DNA of 64,000 nucleotides, from the IMG/VR virus record IMGVR_UViG_3300044840_000109, positions 1 to 64,000 of that record; one strand, 5' to 3'. Positions 34,980 through 44,723 of the stretch are shown in pieces. Position 1 is the first letter of the stretch; the number at the start of each line of letters is the position of its first letter. The position numbers and the translations under genes are program-made. The DNA is from a virus (Duplodnaviria; Caudoviricetes). Under the pieces are notes generated by a model. It was given only the letters and a program-made list of their open reading frames with translations. It had not been told where the DNA came from and made no database searches.

Positions 34980-35116
34980 CGCGCCTCCAGCAGATGCGTT
35001 CCGAATTCCAGGTGCGCGCCCGTGGTCGTGGTCCACACGCGCGATTTCCAGCTGCAGCAGCAGCTGCTCCAGCAGCCGAAGCGGCGCGTCCAGTAGAGGG
35101 TCAGGTGGTGCTTCAC
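34976..35116 (-). CDS. 46-aa Cys/Trp-rich protein
   Basis: GTGA and ATGA overlaps; MKHHLTLYWTRRFGCWSSCCCSW. Confidence 0.55.
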   Translation of the reverse strand: MKHHLTLYWTRRFGCWSSCCCSWKSRVWTTTTGAHLEFGTHLLEAR

Positions 35117-35472
35117 GGAGTGACCTTCAGCTTTCCGATGTCTACGAGGTGGGCCACGGAGGCGTGGACGGCGGCGGAGGCGATGGCCTGGTAGAGGCCG
35201 AGGTCCTCGGTGCCGTCGTTGTTCCCCGCCATGAAGAGATTGTGTACGACGTTTCCGGCGATGGCTGCCGTCTCGGCGATGTCGGTGGCGATTTCACCGA
35301 CGGCATTGATGCGCCCGTGCGATTCCAGGTGCTCGCGCTCGTCCACGTCGGGTGACGAGGGAGTCAGGTCGAGCGTATGACACCACTCGGGGAATTGAGG
35401 ACACGCCACCAGGTCACGCACCATGCCGCGGTACGTGATGAGGCGTCGGTACTCCTGCACGTGCGGCTCCAT
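35113..35472 (-). CDS. hypothetical protein
   Basis: TAGGA RBS; high GC3. Confidence 0.7.
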   Translation of the reverse strand: MEPHVQEYRRLITYRGMVRDLVACPQFPEWCHTLDLTPSSPDVDEREHLESHGRINAVGEIATDIAETAAIAGNVVHNLFMAGNNDGTEDLGLYQAIASAAVHASVAHLVDIGKLKVTP

Positions 35473-35502
35473 AGTCCTAATGTAAGCGGGTTGATTTACC
35501 TA

Positions 35503-37401
35503 TTATTTGGCCTCCGACCAGCGGTCGCAGATCTTGACGTCCGTGGTGAGGGGGACGGAGAGCAGTTGCATGTCGGTTCCCGCCATTGCCTCGTGCAAAA
35601 GGACCGCTCCCTCCTTGGCGATGTCCTCGGGGCACAGGGCGGCGAGTTCATCGTGCACCGTGAGGATTAGCCGCATACCCGGCAATAGGGTTTTGTGCAT
35701 GCGCGTCATCGCCAGCTTGGTGATGTCGGCGTTCGATCCCTGGATATGTGAGTTGACGACCTGACGTTCCGCTTCGGCGCGCATGCGCGGGACGTGGGAG
35801 AGGAGGTTGGGCAGACGTCGCTTGCGGCCGAGCAGGGTGCGCAGGTAGGGCTCGGGCCGGCGGGCGCGTACGGTGCGCAGGATCTCCGCCTTGTACCGGT
35901 AGATCTCGGGGAAGTTCTTCTTGTGGGTGGCCAGGATCTGCTTGGCCTGACGCACGGAAATCCCCGCCATCTGGGCCACGGTGTCGGGGCCGGCGTCATA
36001 GTTGATCGCGAAGGCGATCGCCTTGGCGATGGTGCGGGCATCCTTGGTGACGTCCTCCGGAGCGATCCCGAAGACGGCGGCGGCGGTGGCCGTGTGGGCG
36101 TCGATGCCGTCCCAGAACCCCTGCCATAGCGCGCCGCGGCCGGCGAAGTGCGCGAGGATGCGCTGCTCGATCTGGGCGTAGTCCGCGACCAGCAGCTTGA
36201 ATCCGGCGGGGGGGACGATGAGGTTGCGGATGCGCTGCCCGTAGAACGTGTCGGCGCGCGGCCAGTTCTGCACGTTCGGGTCAGCGCAGCTGAACCGGCC
36301 GGTGACGGTGCCGTACTGCTTGAAGCTCGGGTAGATGTGCCCGTTGAAGATTTTTGTCGGCTTGTCCTCGGTGCCGAGGTAGCCATCGACGTAGGTGCCC
36401 AGGATCTTCGAGTGCTCCTGGTAGTCCAGGATCTCGTCCACGACGTGGTTGCCCTTGTGCGACGCCAGCGCCTTCGCGTCGGTGCTGGGGGCGCCCTTGT
36501 CGGTGAAGCGCGTTGGACGCAGGCCCTGGCCGCCTTCGTCCCTGGGGCCGTAGAGGATCTTCACCTTCTGTGGCACGGAGCCGAGGTTGAACGTAGTCCC
36601 CGCAGCCTGGTAGACGCGGCCCTCGGTGAGGACCAGGTGGGCGCGCAGGTCATCGCGCAGGGCCTCCAGCGCGGCGCGGTCGATGGGGGCGCCGCGTTGC
36701 TGCATGTGCAGCAGGCAGTGCAGGACGTCCATCTCCAGGTCCCACACGGAGTCCAGGCCCTGGGCGGTGAGCTGGGGGCGCCAGCGCTTCCAGTGCAGCC
36801 AGGTGGTGCGCCCGTCGAGGTAGGCATAGGTGTGGACCTTGCCGAACTCGTGGGCCTCGACCTTGCGACCGACGTTCTCGTGGTCGTAGTCGAGCTGGTA
36901 GGTGGCCTTGTCGAGCGCCTTGAGGCCGATCAAGCGGTTCTCGTTCGCCAGCCACGCGGCGACGATCGTGTCCCCGTAGGGCGGGGGAGGAAATTCTCCG
37001 CCGAAATACTTCGCCACGCTCAGGAGGTCGAAGGGTGCGTTGTGCGCGATTTTCCTACGGTCGGAAAAGAACAGCGGTCGCAGCGCGGAGAAAACCTGGG
37101 ACGGGCGTAGCTGCGGAGGTGGCTCGGTGAACAGTGCGTGGACGGTCTCCCGCTCCCCGGTGGTCTTGTTTTTCCGCCAGGTCGCCTTGCGCAGGCACTC
37201 GTACCCGTTGGGGTGGCCCATGGGGATGACGGTGGTGGCACCCTCGGTGGCCAGGGAGATCCAGGTGACGGTGTTGACCGCGGGGATGCCCCGGTGCTCG
37301 CCCACGGTCTCTACGTCGAAGGCGAACTCGTCGTGCTGCGAGAAAAACGCGATGGTCTCTTCGAGTGAATCCAGGTCCGTGACGAGCTGTGGAGGGTGCA
37401 T
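35503..37401 (-). CDS. polA: DNA polymerase family A with 3'-5' exonuclease
   Basis: FDVET, HNA.FD (Exo I/II); TGRFS..PN.QN; DYAQIEQR; AK...FA..Y; VHDE. Confidence 0.95.
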   Translation of the reverse strand: MHPPQLVTDLDSLEETIAFFSQHDEFAFDVETVGEHRGIPAVNTVTWISLATEGATTVIPMGHPNGYECLRKATWRKNKTTGERETVHALFTEPPPQLRPSQVFSALRPLFFSDRRKIAHNAPFDLLSVAKYFGGEFPPPPYGDTIVAAWLANENRLIGLKALDKATYQLDYDHENVGRKVEAHEFGKVHTYAYLDGRTTWLHWKRWRPQLTAQGLDSVWDLEMDVLHCLLHMQQRGAPIDRAALEALRDDLRAHLVLTEGRVYQAAGTTFNLGSVPQKVKILYGPRDEGGQGLRPTRFTDKGAPSTDAKALASHKGNHVVDEILDYQEHSKILGTYVDGYLGTEDKPTKIFNGHIYPSFKQYGTVTGRFSCADPNVQNWPRADTFYGQRIRNLIVPPAGFKLLVADYAQIEQRILAHFAGRGALWQGFWDGIDAHTATAAAVFGIAPEDVTKDARTIAKAIAFAINYDAGPDTVAQMAGISVRQAKQILATHKKNFPEIYRYKAEILRTVRARRPEPYLRTLLGRKRRLPNLLSHVPRMRAEAERQVVNSHIQGSNADITKLAMTRMHKTLLPGMRLILTVHDELAALCPEDIAKEGAVLLHEAMAGTDMQLLSVPLTTDVKICDRWSEAK

Positions 37402-37529
37402 CGCGGCCTTCATGGCTGGTAGAAATAGTCCACGTCGGCACGGGGCGTCACAAATCCCGCCGATGTACAGCACCCCTCGGCGTTGTCCGATGTGCCCACG
37501 TTGTGGCGTCGGGGGGTGCGCCCAATTTC

Positions 37530-38216
37530 TTAGTCGTCCAGCAGGATCTTCACGATGTCGCCCATGTCGGCGGCGTCGAGGGTGTCCTTGACGGGCTCCT
37601 TATAGGCGTCGACCTGGAAGCCGAGGATGACCTCCTCGCTCAGGGGCGGCATTGCGTACTCCTCTTCGAGGTCACGGGCGCGGATGCGCTCCAGTACGTA
37701 CTCCACCGACTTGTTTTTCTGCACCTTCTTGACGCTGAAGTACAGGTCGGCCCGGTTGAGCGGCCCCTTCTTCTCGTCCAGCGCGATTTCCTTGAGGAGT
37801 CGGGCGATTTTCACACCGGCCTCCCAGACCCGCAGGACCGGGAGCTTGGGGTCGGCGAGGGAGACGACGTTGAAGCAGGCCGCGAACTTCTTGGGCTTGT
37901 CGCCGATGCTGCACAGGGGGCAGTCGGCATTCGCCCAGCAGCGGATGGACTTGCTCCCGTCCTCCACCTCGTCCACCCAGTGCGAGACATAGTTGTCGAA
38001 GGGCTCGGAGTCCAGGATCTTGATGACGGTGTCCTTTTCCTCGACCTTCAGGTAGAGGTCTCCGCCGACGCCCGCGGCGGCCTTGTCCATGCCGCCCCAT
38101 CCGCTGGTGTCGGTGACCGCGGGAGCGACGGCGCTTCCCTCGGAGGCGCCCTTCTTGAACTCGGCCTCCTTGGTGTCCGGGAGGGAGCGGCGGCGGCCGA
38201 ACTGCTTCTCAGGCAT
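37530..38216 (-). CDS. gp32-like single-stranded DNA-binding protein
   Basis: HWV, CP.C, NVV, acidic C-terminus; next to polymerase. Confidence 0.75.
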   Translation of the reverse strand: MPEKQFGRRRSLPDTKEAEFKKGASEGSAVAPAVTDTSGWGGMDKAAAGVGGDLYLKVEEKDTVIKILDSEPFDNYVSHWVDEVEDGSKSIRCWANADCPLCSIGDKPKKFAACFNVVSLADPKLPVLRVWEAGVKIARLLKEIALDEKKGPLNRADLYFSVKKVQKNKSVEYVLERIRARDLEEEYAMPPLSEEVILGFQVDAYKEPVKDTLDAADMGDIVKILLDD

Positions 38217-38673
38217 TTTCGTTCCATTCGTGGATGGGCGGGGGCATGATTCCCTTGGTGGTGCGGAAGAGTTCCGTGCACCTGGAGGGGAAAAGGGTTT
38301 CTCCGAGGTACCTTTTGGTGCCGTGGAGAAGTCCCTCGTCAGTGGCGATACGGACCACGCCGTCGATCTGCTGGCGGGTGTAGAGGCGTCGCTGCCCGTG
38401 ACGGGAGGCGCCGTTGTAGACGAAGGTGGGGCGCGGGAAAAGCCCGGCCTGCTCCCACTTGTAGATGGTTTTCGGGGAACGCTGGAGCGCGTGGCCGAGG
38501 TGGGATATCCCGAAGAACTCGCGCATGTATCCGTCCACGCGCTTGTAGATGGGGTCTTCGTCCCATCCCGAGAATCCGCGCGAGTAGAGGGATGTGTGCG
38601 TGGGCGGTCCCAGGGGCTGGGTGGTGCCCGGGTACACGTCCAGGGGCCGGCGCGGCTGCGGGGGGATGCTCAC
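38209..38673 (-). CDS. MerR-like HTH DNA-binding protein
   Basis: IS.L..AL.RSPKTIYKWE.AG.FP.P...R.YT. Confidence 0.75.
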   Translation of the reverse strand: MSIPPQPRRPLDVYPGTTQPLGPPTHTSLYSRGFSGWDEDPIYKRVDGYMREFFGISHLGHALQRSPKTIYKWEQAGLFPRPTFVYNGASRHGQRRLYTRQQIDGVVRIATDEGLLHGTKRYLGETLFPSRCTELFRTTKGIMPPPIHEWNENA

Positions 38674-39023
38674 GACGTGGAGTCCATCTCCCGCAGCAGG
38701 CGCACCCGGGCCGCGTCCAGCTCGTCCAGCTCGGCGCGCAACTCCTTGGCTCGGCGTTCTTTGGGCGTCAGCTTTCGGCTGATGACGCCGCTGCCGGACA
38801 GGTCCAGGAGGTGGGCGATGGCGCACAGGGTGAGCCCGTCGGGCAGGGACTTGCCGGCGAGCCAGGTGCTCACGGTCCAGGGGCTGAAGGCGCCGCCCTT
38901 GCGGCCGAGCAGGGAGCCGAGCAGGTCCCCGAGGTCCGCGGTGGTCAGGTGCAGATCGTTCATGCGCTCCGTGATGGCCTCGGCGTTGAGGCCGAAGGTG
39001 ATTTCGCTGCCGTATTCGTTCAT
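38670..39023 (-). CDS. XRE-family HTH protein
   Basis: TVSTWLAGKSLPD...L.AIA.LLD. Confidence 0.75.
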   Translation of the reverse strand: MNEYGSEITFGLNAEAITERMNDLHLTTADLGDLLGSLLGRKGGAFSPWTVSTWLAGKSLPDGLTLCAIAHLLDLSGSGVISRKLTPKERRAKELRAELDELDAARVRLLREMDSTS

Positions 39024-39487
39024 GTGGCGAGCCCCTTGAATGCGTAGCTCTCGTGCTGGACGAAGATGGCGTCCATGTCGGATTCGGTGAGCACTCCCTC
39101 CTGCAGGAGCACGTACAGCTCGTCGGGGTCGAACACGGGGCGCATCGGGAATGCGCGGCGAAGGAATTCCTCGCCCTTGGAGCCGATAATCTCCTCGGCG
39201 CGGTCGACGTCGGGGGAGATGCTGACGCGGCGTTCGCGCTTGATGCGCTGGTACTTGTAGCCGCCCACTTCGAGTTCGAAGGGGAGGTCGATGTACTGCG
39301 AGCCCTTGTGGTCGCGGTAGCCGCGCTCCTCGACTGCCTTGACGACGCGGTCTCGCAGCTTGTCCCGGACGCGCATGCTGATCTCGATCTCCGCTTTGAG
39401 CATCGCCCACTGGCGGAATACCGGGATAATCGGGTCCACGGGGACCGGAGTTTCTTCTTCGTGTACGTCCGAAAATGGCTCGGGCAT
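39020..39487 (-). CDS. hypothetical coiled-coil protein (possibly Gam/gp157-like)
   Basis: helical N-terminus, beta middle, D...L..L C-terminus. Confidence 0.55.
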   Translation of the reverse strand: MPEPFSDVHEEETPVPVDPIIPVFRQWAMLKAEIEISMRVRDKLRDRVVKAVEERGYRDHKGSQYIDLPFELEVGGYKYQRIKRERRVSISPDVDRAEEIIGSKGEEFLRRAFPMRPVFDPDELYVLLQEGVLTESDMDAIFVQHESYAFKGLAT

Positions 39488-39594
39488 ACGGGTGACCTAC
39501 TTCCTGTGGGAGTGGTACCGGGAGCTACTGCAACATCCGGTGCGCTCAGCCTATGAGCGGGAAAAAATGACGAACAGGAGCCGAACGGGTGGCG

Positions 39595-41190
39595 TTATCT
39601 CTTCGCCACATGCTCGGTCAACGAGGCCACGTCGTTGACCAGGATTCCTTCTCCGCGGCCATCGACAATGGCGCTGGAAAGCTTCCCGCGCAGCGCCAGG
39701 GTGGCCTGCTGACGCTCCTCCACGCTGTTCTCCGTGACCAGGTTCACCACGTACACCCGGGAGAACTCCGAGGACGCGCGCACGTGCCGCGTGTTCCGCT
39801 GGTCAAGCACCCCCTTGGAATCGGGCAGGTCGTAGTTGACCAGGTACTGCGCCTCGGGGAGGTCGAGCCCGTAGCCCCCCGCGTTGGTGGACAGGAAAAT
39901 CCTGCAGTCAGGGTCCTGCTGGAACTTCGCCACGGACCCTGCCTTGTCCACCGCGTTGAGCTGCCCGTGGAACAGCACCATGTCCGCGTGCTTGTCCAGA
40001 CGCGCGGCCATGTAGGGGAGCATGCGGCGATAACTGGTGAAAATCGCGACCTTCGTCCCCTCCTCGGAGAGCATGTCGCCAACCACGCGGTCCAACTCGT
40101 CCAGCTTCGGCGTGCGCTTCAGCAGCTGGCCGATCTCGGAGATCTGGTCAACGAACTCGGCGATGTACTGCGAGCCCTCGCCGCGGCCCTCGTGGAAGGC
40201 CTCGGCGCTGTCCATCAGCAGCTCGGGATGGTCCAGCAGCATCCGCGCGGCGAGCAACCTCGCCATGACCTTGCCCTGGGCGCTGGTGCCGCTCTCGGAG
40301 GTGGCGCCGTTGTAGTAGGCGGCGAGGTCGAAATCCTGGCCGCTCTCGGCCAGCTCGTCCAACGCGGTCGCCAGGTCGTCCAGAATGAAGTTGTAGTGCC
40401 GCCGCGTCAGGAGGTCCAGGCTGATCGGGCGCGTGGTCTCCGCGACCTCGGGCAGGTACTTGGCGACCTCGGGGTCCAGGCGCGACTTGCGGATCATCGA
40501 CGTCTGCAGGCGCTCGTGCAGCAGCCCCAAGTTCTTGTAGCTGCGGACCGCGCCCCAGTGGTTGCGCACGATGAAACTCTTGTCGAACAGGTCCCAGCGC
40601 CCCAGGCAGTTGCGGTCCACCCACTCCATGATCGAGAACACCTCCTCGGGACGGTTTTCCACGGGGGTTCCGGACAGGGCGACGCGCGTGTCCGTGGTGA
40701 TGCCCTTGATGCGCTTGCTGGTCTCGGCCGCGAAGTTCTTAATGACCGTGGCCTCGTCCAGGACCACCGCATCGGGGGCGGTGGCACACATCTCCTCCCA
40801 GTCGTTCAGCACCGCGCTGTAGGAGGCGATGATGTAGTCCGGCTTCTGCTCCCGGGCGGCGGCCCACTGCTCGGCGCGCTTTTTCGCGGTGCCGTTGATG
40901 ACCGCGCACCACTCCTGGTAGGGGACGACGATCTCGTTGCCGCGCATCAGCAGGGCCTGCGTGTCCATGTCGGTGAACTTGGCGAGGGCGCGGGCCCACT
41001 GCCATTTCAGGGACGCCGGCACCAGGACCAGCACGGTGCGGATCTCACCGCGGGCGAGAAGTTCCTCCAGCGCGGCGATGGTGAGCACCGTTTTTCCGGT
41101 GCCCATGCTGTAGGCGACGAGGAGTTTTCTGCGGTCCAGGATCTGCTCGACCGCTTCCACCTGGTAGGGGTACAGCTGACCTGTGAACAT
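39595..41190 (-). CDS. SNF2-family helicase
   Basis: LYPYQ; MGTGKT; LDEA; SGTP.EN; G.GLDL; QR..R..R. Confidence 0.92.
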   Translation of the reverse strand: MFTGQLYPYQVEAVEQILDRRKLLVAYSMGTGKTVLTIAALEELLARGEIRTVLVLVPASLKWQWARALAKFTDMDTQALLMRGNEIVVPYQEWCAVINGTAKKRAEQWAAAREQKPDYIIASYSAVLNDWEEMCATAPDAVVLDEATVIKNFAAETSKRIKGITTDTRVALSGTPVENRPEEVFSIMEWVDRNCLGRWDLFDKSFIVRNHWGAVRSYKNLGLLHERLQTSMIRKSRLDPEVAKYLPEVAETTRPISLDLLTRRHYNFILDDLATALDELAESGQDFDLAAYYNGATSESGTSAQGKVMARLLAARMLLDHPELLMDSAEAFHEGRGEGSQYIAEFVDQISEIGQLLKRTPKLDELDRVVGDMLSEEGTKVAIFTSYRRMLPYMAARLDKHADMVLFHGQLNAVDKAGSVAKFQQDPDCRIFLSTNAGGYGLDLPEAQYLVNYDLPDSKGVLDQRNTRHVRASSEFSRVYVVNLVTENSVEERQQATLALRGKLSSAIVDGRGEGILVNDVASLTEHVAKR

Positions 41191-41196
41191 CAGCCC

Positions 41197-42180
41197 TCAT
41201 TTCTTTCGTGCGTACGCCGCGCGGGCACCTTCCACGGCGGCGTGGATCTGGGCGTCGGTCATGTCGCCGACGTCCTTGGCCTCGGTGCCCGTGTAGTTGA
41301 GGAATTTCATGCGCAGTCCGCGTGGCCGCCAGCGCGCGTAGACCTGCGCGGCGGCGGCCAGGCCGGCGGTGTCGTTGTCCAGGGCGAGGACCACCCGGTC
41401 CACACGGCGGCGCAGCAGCCGCATCTGCGTGTCGGAGACGTAGGCGCCGTAGGAGGCCACGCCGCCGGGGATTCCGACGGAGGCCAGGCGCACCGCGTCC
41501 AGCGGGGACTCCAGGAGGATCGCGGTGTCGCCGTCCACCAGCTGGTGGTAGCCGAACACCGCGCTGGATTTCGGGACGCCGTCCGGGCGGTTGCAGAAGA
41601 ACTTCCGGCCTTTCTCCTGCCAGCCCAGCAGGGCCCCGGTCAGGGGCTCGCGGATGGGCAGGATCCAGTGGTCGGTGGCCGTGTCCCAGAGCACGCCGTA
41701 GCGCTCGCAGGCGCCCGCCGTCAGCTTCCGCGACTCCAGCGCCTTGGCTGGCGGGGGGACGTACAGCGCGATGGCGGCCTCCGTGATGGCGCCCTCCTGC
41801 GAGAGCGCCTTCGGAGTTACGTCGTCTGTACTTCTGAGGCGGTAAATCCCCTGGGCGGCGATCCACCGCACCGCCCCCGCCCGGTCGATGTCCAGCGCGT
41901 CGACCACCAGTTGCACGAACGGGCCGGAGTAGTGGCAGGAGAAGCAGATGAACGCGCCGTGGCCGCCGTTGACCCAGAACGAGGGCCGGCGGTCCTCCCT
42001 GCCGGTCAGCGCTTTGTGCATGGGGCAGTGGGCCAGGACCTCCTCCACGCCGTCGTGCTCGACGGTGCGCACCGCTGTGATGCCCAGCTCGTGCAGGGCG
42101 CGGGGCAGGTCGGCCGGGACCGGGTTGGAGTAGCCGGCGAGCAGGTCCCAGCCCGTGGAGGCGGAGACCTTACGCCTCAC
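41197..42180 (-). CDS. DNA primase (Zn finger plus Toprim)
   Basis: CP.H...D..PSF...CFSC; ES.LD; LALDND.AG; KDVGD. Confidence 0.9.
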   Translation of the reverse strand: MRRKVSASTGWDLLAGYSNPVPADLPRALHELGITAVRTVEHDGVEEVLAHCPMHKALTGREDRRPSFWVNGGHGAFICFSCHYSGPFVQLVVDALDIDRAGAVRWIAAQGIYRLRSTDDVTPKALSQEGAITEAAIALYVPPPAKALESRKLTAGACERYGVLWDTATDHWILPIREPLTGALLGWQEKGRKFFCNRPDGVPKSSAVFGYHQLVDGDTAILLESPLDAVRLASVGIPGGVASYGAYVSDTQMRLLRRRVDRVVLALDNDTAGLAAAAQVYARWRPRGLRMKFLNYTGTEAKDVGDMTDAQIHAAVEGARAAYARKK

Positions 42181-42538
42181 GGGATTCCTGCTTGGCGAGC
42201 GCCCTGGCCAGGCGGGCGTTGCGGTTCTTGAGGGCGACGCGCTCGCGGTTGCGCGCGTAGTAGTCGCGGCTGTACTTCAGCGACCGGGCGCGGTTGTTGC
42301 GGCGCCAGATCACCTGGTACTCCTTGTTGGCGGCGCGGAACTTCGTCTCCCAGTTGGGGTCCTCGGCGAGCAGACGCGCCCGGCGCTTTTCGTTGTATTC
42401 CTTGATGCAGGCCTTGCACTTGCGCTGCTTCTTGTCGGGCCGCGAGGAGTTCTTGTGGAACTCGGTCAGGAGCTTGTACTCCTCGCAGGAGGCGCACTGC
42501 TTGACGTCGGCTGGCTGGATTTCAGTAGGGGTATTCAT
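42170..42538 (-). CDS. Zn-binding CxxC/CxxC protein resembling an HNH/EndoVII N-terminus without nuclease domain
   Basis: K.C..C...K.L.EF......D.....CK.C followed by basic helix only. Confidence 0.7.
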   Translation of the reverse strand: MNTPTEIQPADVKQCASCEEYKLLTEFHKNSSRPDKKQRKCKACIKEYNEKRRARLLAEDPNWETKFRAANKEYQVIWRRNNRARSLKYSRDYYARNRERVALKNRNARLARALAKQESREA

Positions 42539-43757
42539 TTGCTTCCTCCAGGGGTGCTTCCTCGAATCGGGGGGGATCCCAATGGATGGAGATGAGGTGG
42601 TCCTGCGGGATGGCGTTGCGCGAGAGCAGGACTTTCATGCGGTATTCGTGGTCCTCGTCGGTGGGCTCCATGCCGACGACGAGGTCTGCGTCCTGGACCC
42701 ACGCGGACGTGTAGCCAAGCGAATTGGCGGTCAGGCCCTTGGCGCCGACCTTGTGGGACAGGGACTGGGTGGTGACCACGATGGGGATGTGTGACAGGGC
42801 CAGGCGGCGCAGGCCGCGGCTGATGTTGGTGAGTGCGAGAGGGGTCTGTACTTCCCCGGTGATTTCGTCGCGCAGGAAATAGGCGCCGTCTACGAAGAGG
42901 ACGTCGGGGGAGACCTTCTCGATTTTCGCCTGGATACCTGACAGGGTGGTGGCGCCCGCGCGGTCCTCGGTGAAGATGAGGGACTTGTCTTTCTCTACCG
43001 TGAGCAGCTCGCGCTCAAGGCGGCGCCAGTCCCGGTCCGCCAGGTTGCCCTTGAGGAGTTCGGAGGGGTTCACGCCGTAGCGGAATCCGTCCATGCGCCG
43101 GGCGATTTCCGCGTACGGCATCTCGAAGCTCAGGATCAGGGGCTTGACGCCGTAGTCGTAGGCGGTGCGCGCCATGCCGAGCATGACCGTGGTCTTGCAG
43201 GACTTCGCGAGGCCGGTCAGGACGATGAACTGCTGCGGCTGGATGCCGTTGGTGACCTTGTCGAGGAAGACGAACCCGGTCGGTATCCCGAGCATTTCCC
43301 CGGGGTTTTCGCGGGCCTTGCGGTAGGTCTCCAGGCGGGCGGAGCCGGTCTGGGCGTAGTCGATTTCCTGGCTCTCCGCCGACGCCAGGGCGACCTGTGT
43401 CTGCATGACCCGCAGCACGGCGAGCGCCGCTTCCGGCCCGTCCTTGTCCATGGCGTCGCCGGCGGCGCCCATGCCGAGTTCGACCAGCGTTTCGATGCGG
43501 GCCTTGTGCAATTGCTTGAGCAGGTAGGTGATCGGGCCCGAGGACTCGGCGACGAACTCGAAGTTCGGGTGGTCGCGCAGGATGGCCTCGGCGGTCGGGG
43601 CCTCGGCGTAGTCCTGCTGGAACGCGATGATGTCCGCGAAGACGCGGCGGTTGTCGGGGTCCAGGAAGTGGTCCAGGCCGATGCCGGCGCCCGTGACGGT
43701 GAGGAGGTCGCCTTCCAGGGCGATGTAGGAGATGACCTCCTCCTCGACGCGGCTCAC
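42522..43757 (-). CDS. dnaB: DnaB-like replicative helicase
   Basis: GIPTGF..LD..T.G; G....CKTT; S.EM; FVDG; QDAD.V. Confidence 0.92.
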   Translation of the reverse strand: MSRVEEEVISYIALEGDLLTVTGAGIGLDHFLDPDNRRVFADIIAFQQDYAEAPTAEAILRDHPNFEFVAESSGPITYLLKQLHKARIETLVELGMGAAGDAMDKDGPEAALAVLRVMQTQVALASAESQEIDYAQTGSARLETYRKARENPGEMLGIPTGFVFLDKVTNGIQPQQFIVLTGLAKSCKTTVMLGMARTAYDYGVKPLILSFEMPYAEIARRMDGFRYGVNPSELLKGNLADRDWRRLERELLTVEKDKSLIFTEDRAGATTLSGIQAKIEKVSPDVLFVDGAYFLRDEITGEVQTPLALTNISRGLRRLALSHIPIVVTTQSLSHKVGAKGLTANSLGYTSAWVQDADLVVGMEPTDEDHEYRMKVLLSRNAIPQDHLISIHWDPPRFEEAPLEEANEYPY

Positions 43758-44023
43758 TCGATCTCCAGCAGCTGCCACCCGGTCTCGTGCTCCAGGTCGC
43801 TCTGGGTGATCAGGCCGTAGTCGGGCTCGTCCACGATCGGCTCGACCGCGATCCGCGGCAGTTCGTGCGGGTCGGTCGCCAGGTGCATGACGGACGCGAA
43901 GCCGTTGATCTCCAGGCGCAGCGAGCCGTGCTCGGTTTCGAAGACCGCGATCTTGTCGGTGTTGTCGGGGAAGATCTGCAGCACCGAGCGGTCCAGGTAC
44001 AGCGGGTCCAGGGGGCCGCTCAT
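43754..44023 (-). CDS. hypothetical protein
   Basis: GAGG RBS; overlaps at both ends. Confidence 0.7.
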   Translation of the reverse strand: MSGPLDPLYLDRSVLQIFPDNTDKIAVFETEHGSLRLEINGFASVMHLATDPHELPRIAVEPIVDEPDYGLITQSDLEHETGWQLLEIE

Positions 44024-44274
44024 CGCCGTGCCTCGCGGTAGTCGTAGGCGTCGGCCATGTTGCGCAGGAGCGTCCACGGGTCCGGCGGGGTGGTGTCGTC
44101 CACTGGCGTGCCCGCGGGCAGCGCGAAGACGCGGAAATTGGGCGTACCCAGTTCCCCGGTCCAGCGGCCCCCGCACTCGCATACGTGCTCGTCGTGAGGC
44201 GGGTTCGTGAGGATGGCGCACTGGCACTGCGCGGCCATGGCGGTGCAGCGCGAGTCGGCGTTGGTGTGGTTCAC
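44020..44274 (-). CDS. small Cys-rich protein
   Basis: GTGA overlap; C...CQC...H.H.CECGG.W. Confidence 0.6.
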   Translation of the reverse strand: MNHTNADSRCTAMAAQCQCAILTNPPHDEHVCECGGRWTGELGTPNFRVFALPAGTPVDDTTPPDPWTLLRNMADAYDYREARR

Positions 44275-44723
44275 AGCATCCGTCCGATCAGCTGGGCGTT
44301 GTGGGGCTCCAGGTAGCGGCCCTTGGGTCCGTAGGTGAGCTGGCGCAGCGGCTCGGCGTCGACCAGGTACAGGCAGGCGGGGTCCAGGGCGACGGTGTGG
44401 GACATCTCGCGGGCGCTGGTGGCGATGAGCCGGGTGTGGGGGACGGATTCGCGCTGCAGGCGGGCGGCCAGGGCGTCGAGGAACTTGGTGTGCAGGTAGG
44501 TGACGATGGCGACGGGTTGCCCGGTGCCCCACAGTTCCCAGATCTGGTTCACGGCCAGGGAGTTGGTGGTGTAGAGGTTCAGCGCCTTGTCGGGGTGCAG
44601 GTAGCGGGCGCGGCGGGCGAATTTCTTCGCCGTGTAGTTCTCGCTGGGGACGGCGAGCATGCCCTCCCACACCACGTAGATGAGGCGGTTCTCGACGTCG
44701 TTGGAGATCTCGCCCTTAATCAT
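44271..44723 (-). CDS. degenerate HAD-fold-like protein
   Basis: IYVVWEGML where DxDG is expected; alpha/beta Rossmann-like pattern. Confidence 0.45.
   Translation of the reverse strand: MIKGEISNDVENRLIYVVWEGMLAVPSENYTAKKFARRARYLHPDKALNLYTTNSLAVNQIWELWGTGQPVAIVTYLHTKFLDALAARLQRESVPHTRLIATSAREMSHTVALDPACLYLVDAEPLRQLTYGPKGRYLEPHNAQLIGRML

Noticed and set aside
39589-42231. 880-aa + strand ORF, and similar long antisense ORFs (9735-11906, 53049-55358, 59668-62058)
   Set aside because: Antisense shadows of real genes caused by high-GC codon bias; no RBS or recognisable motifs.
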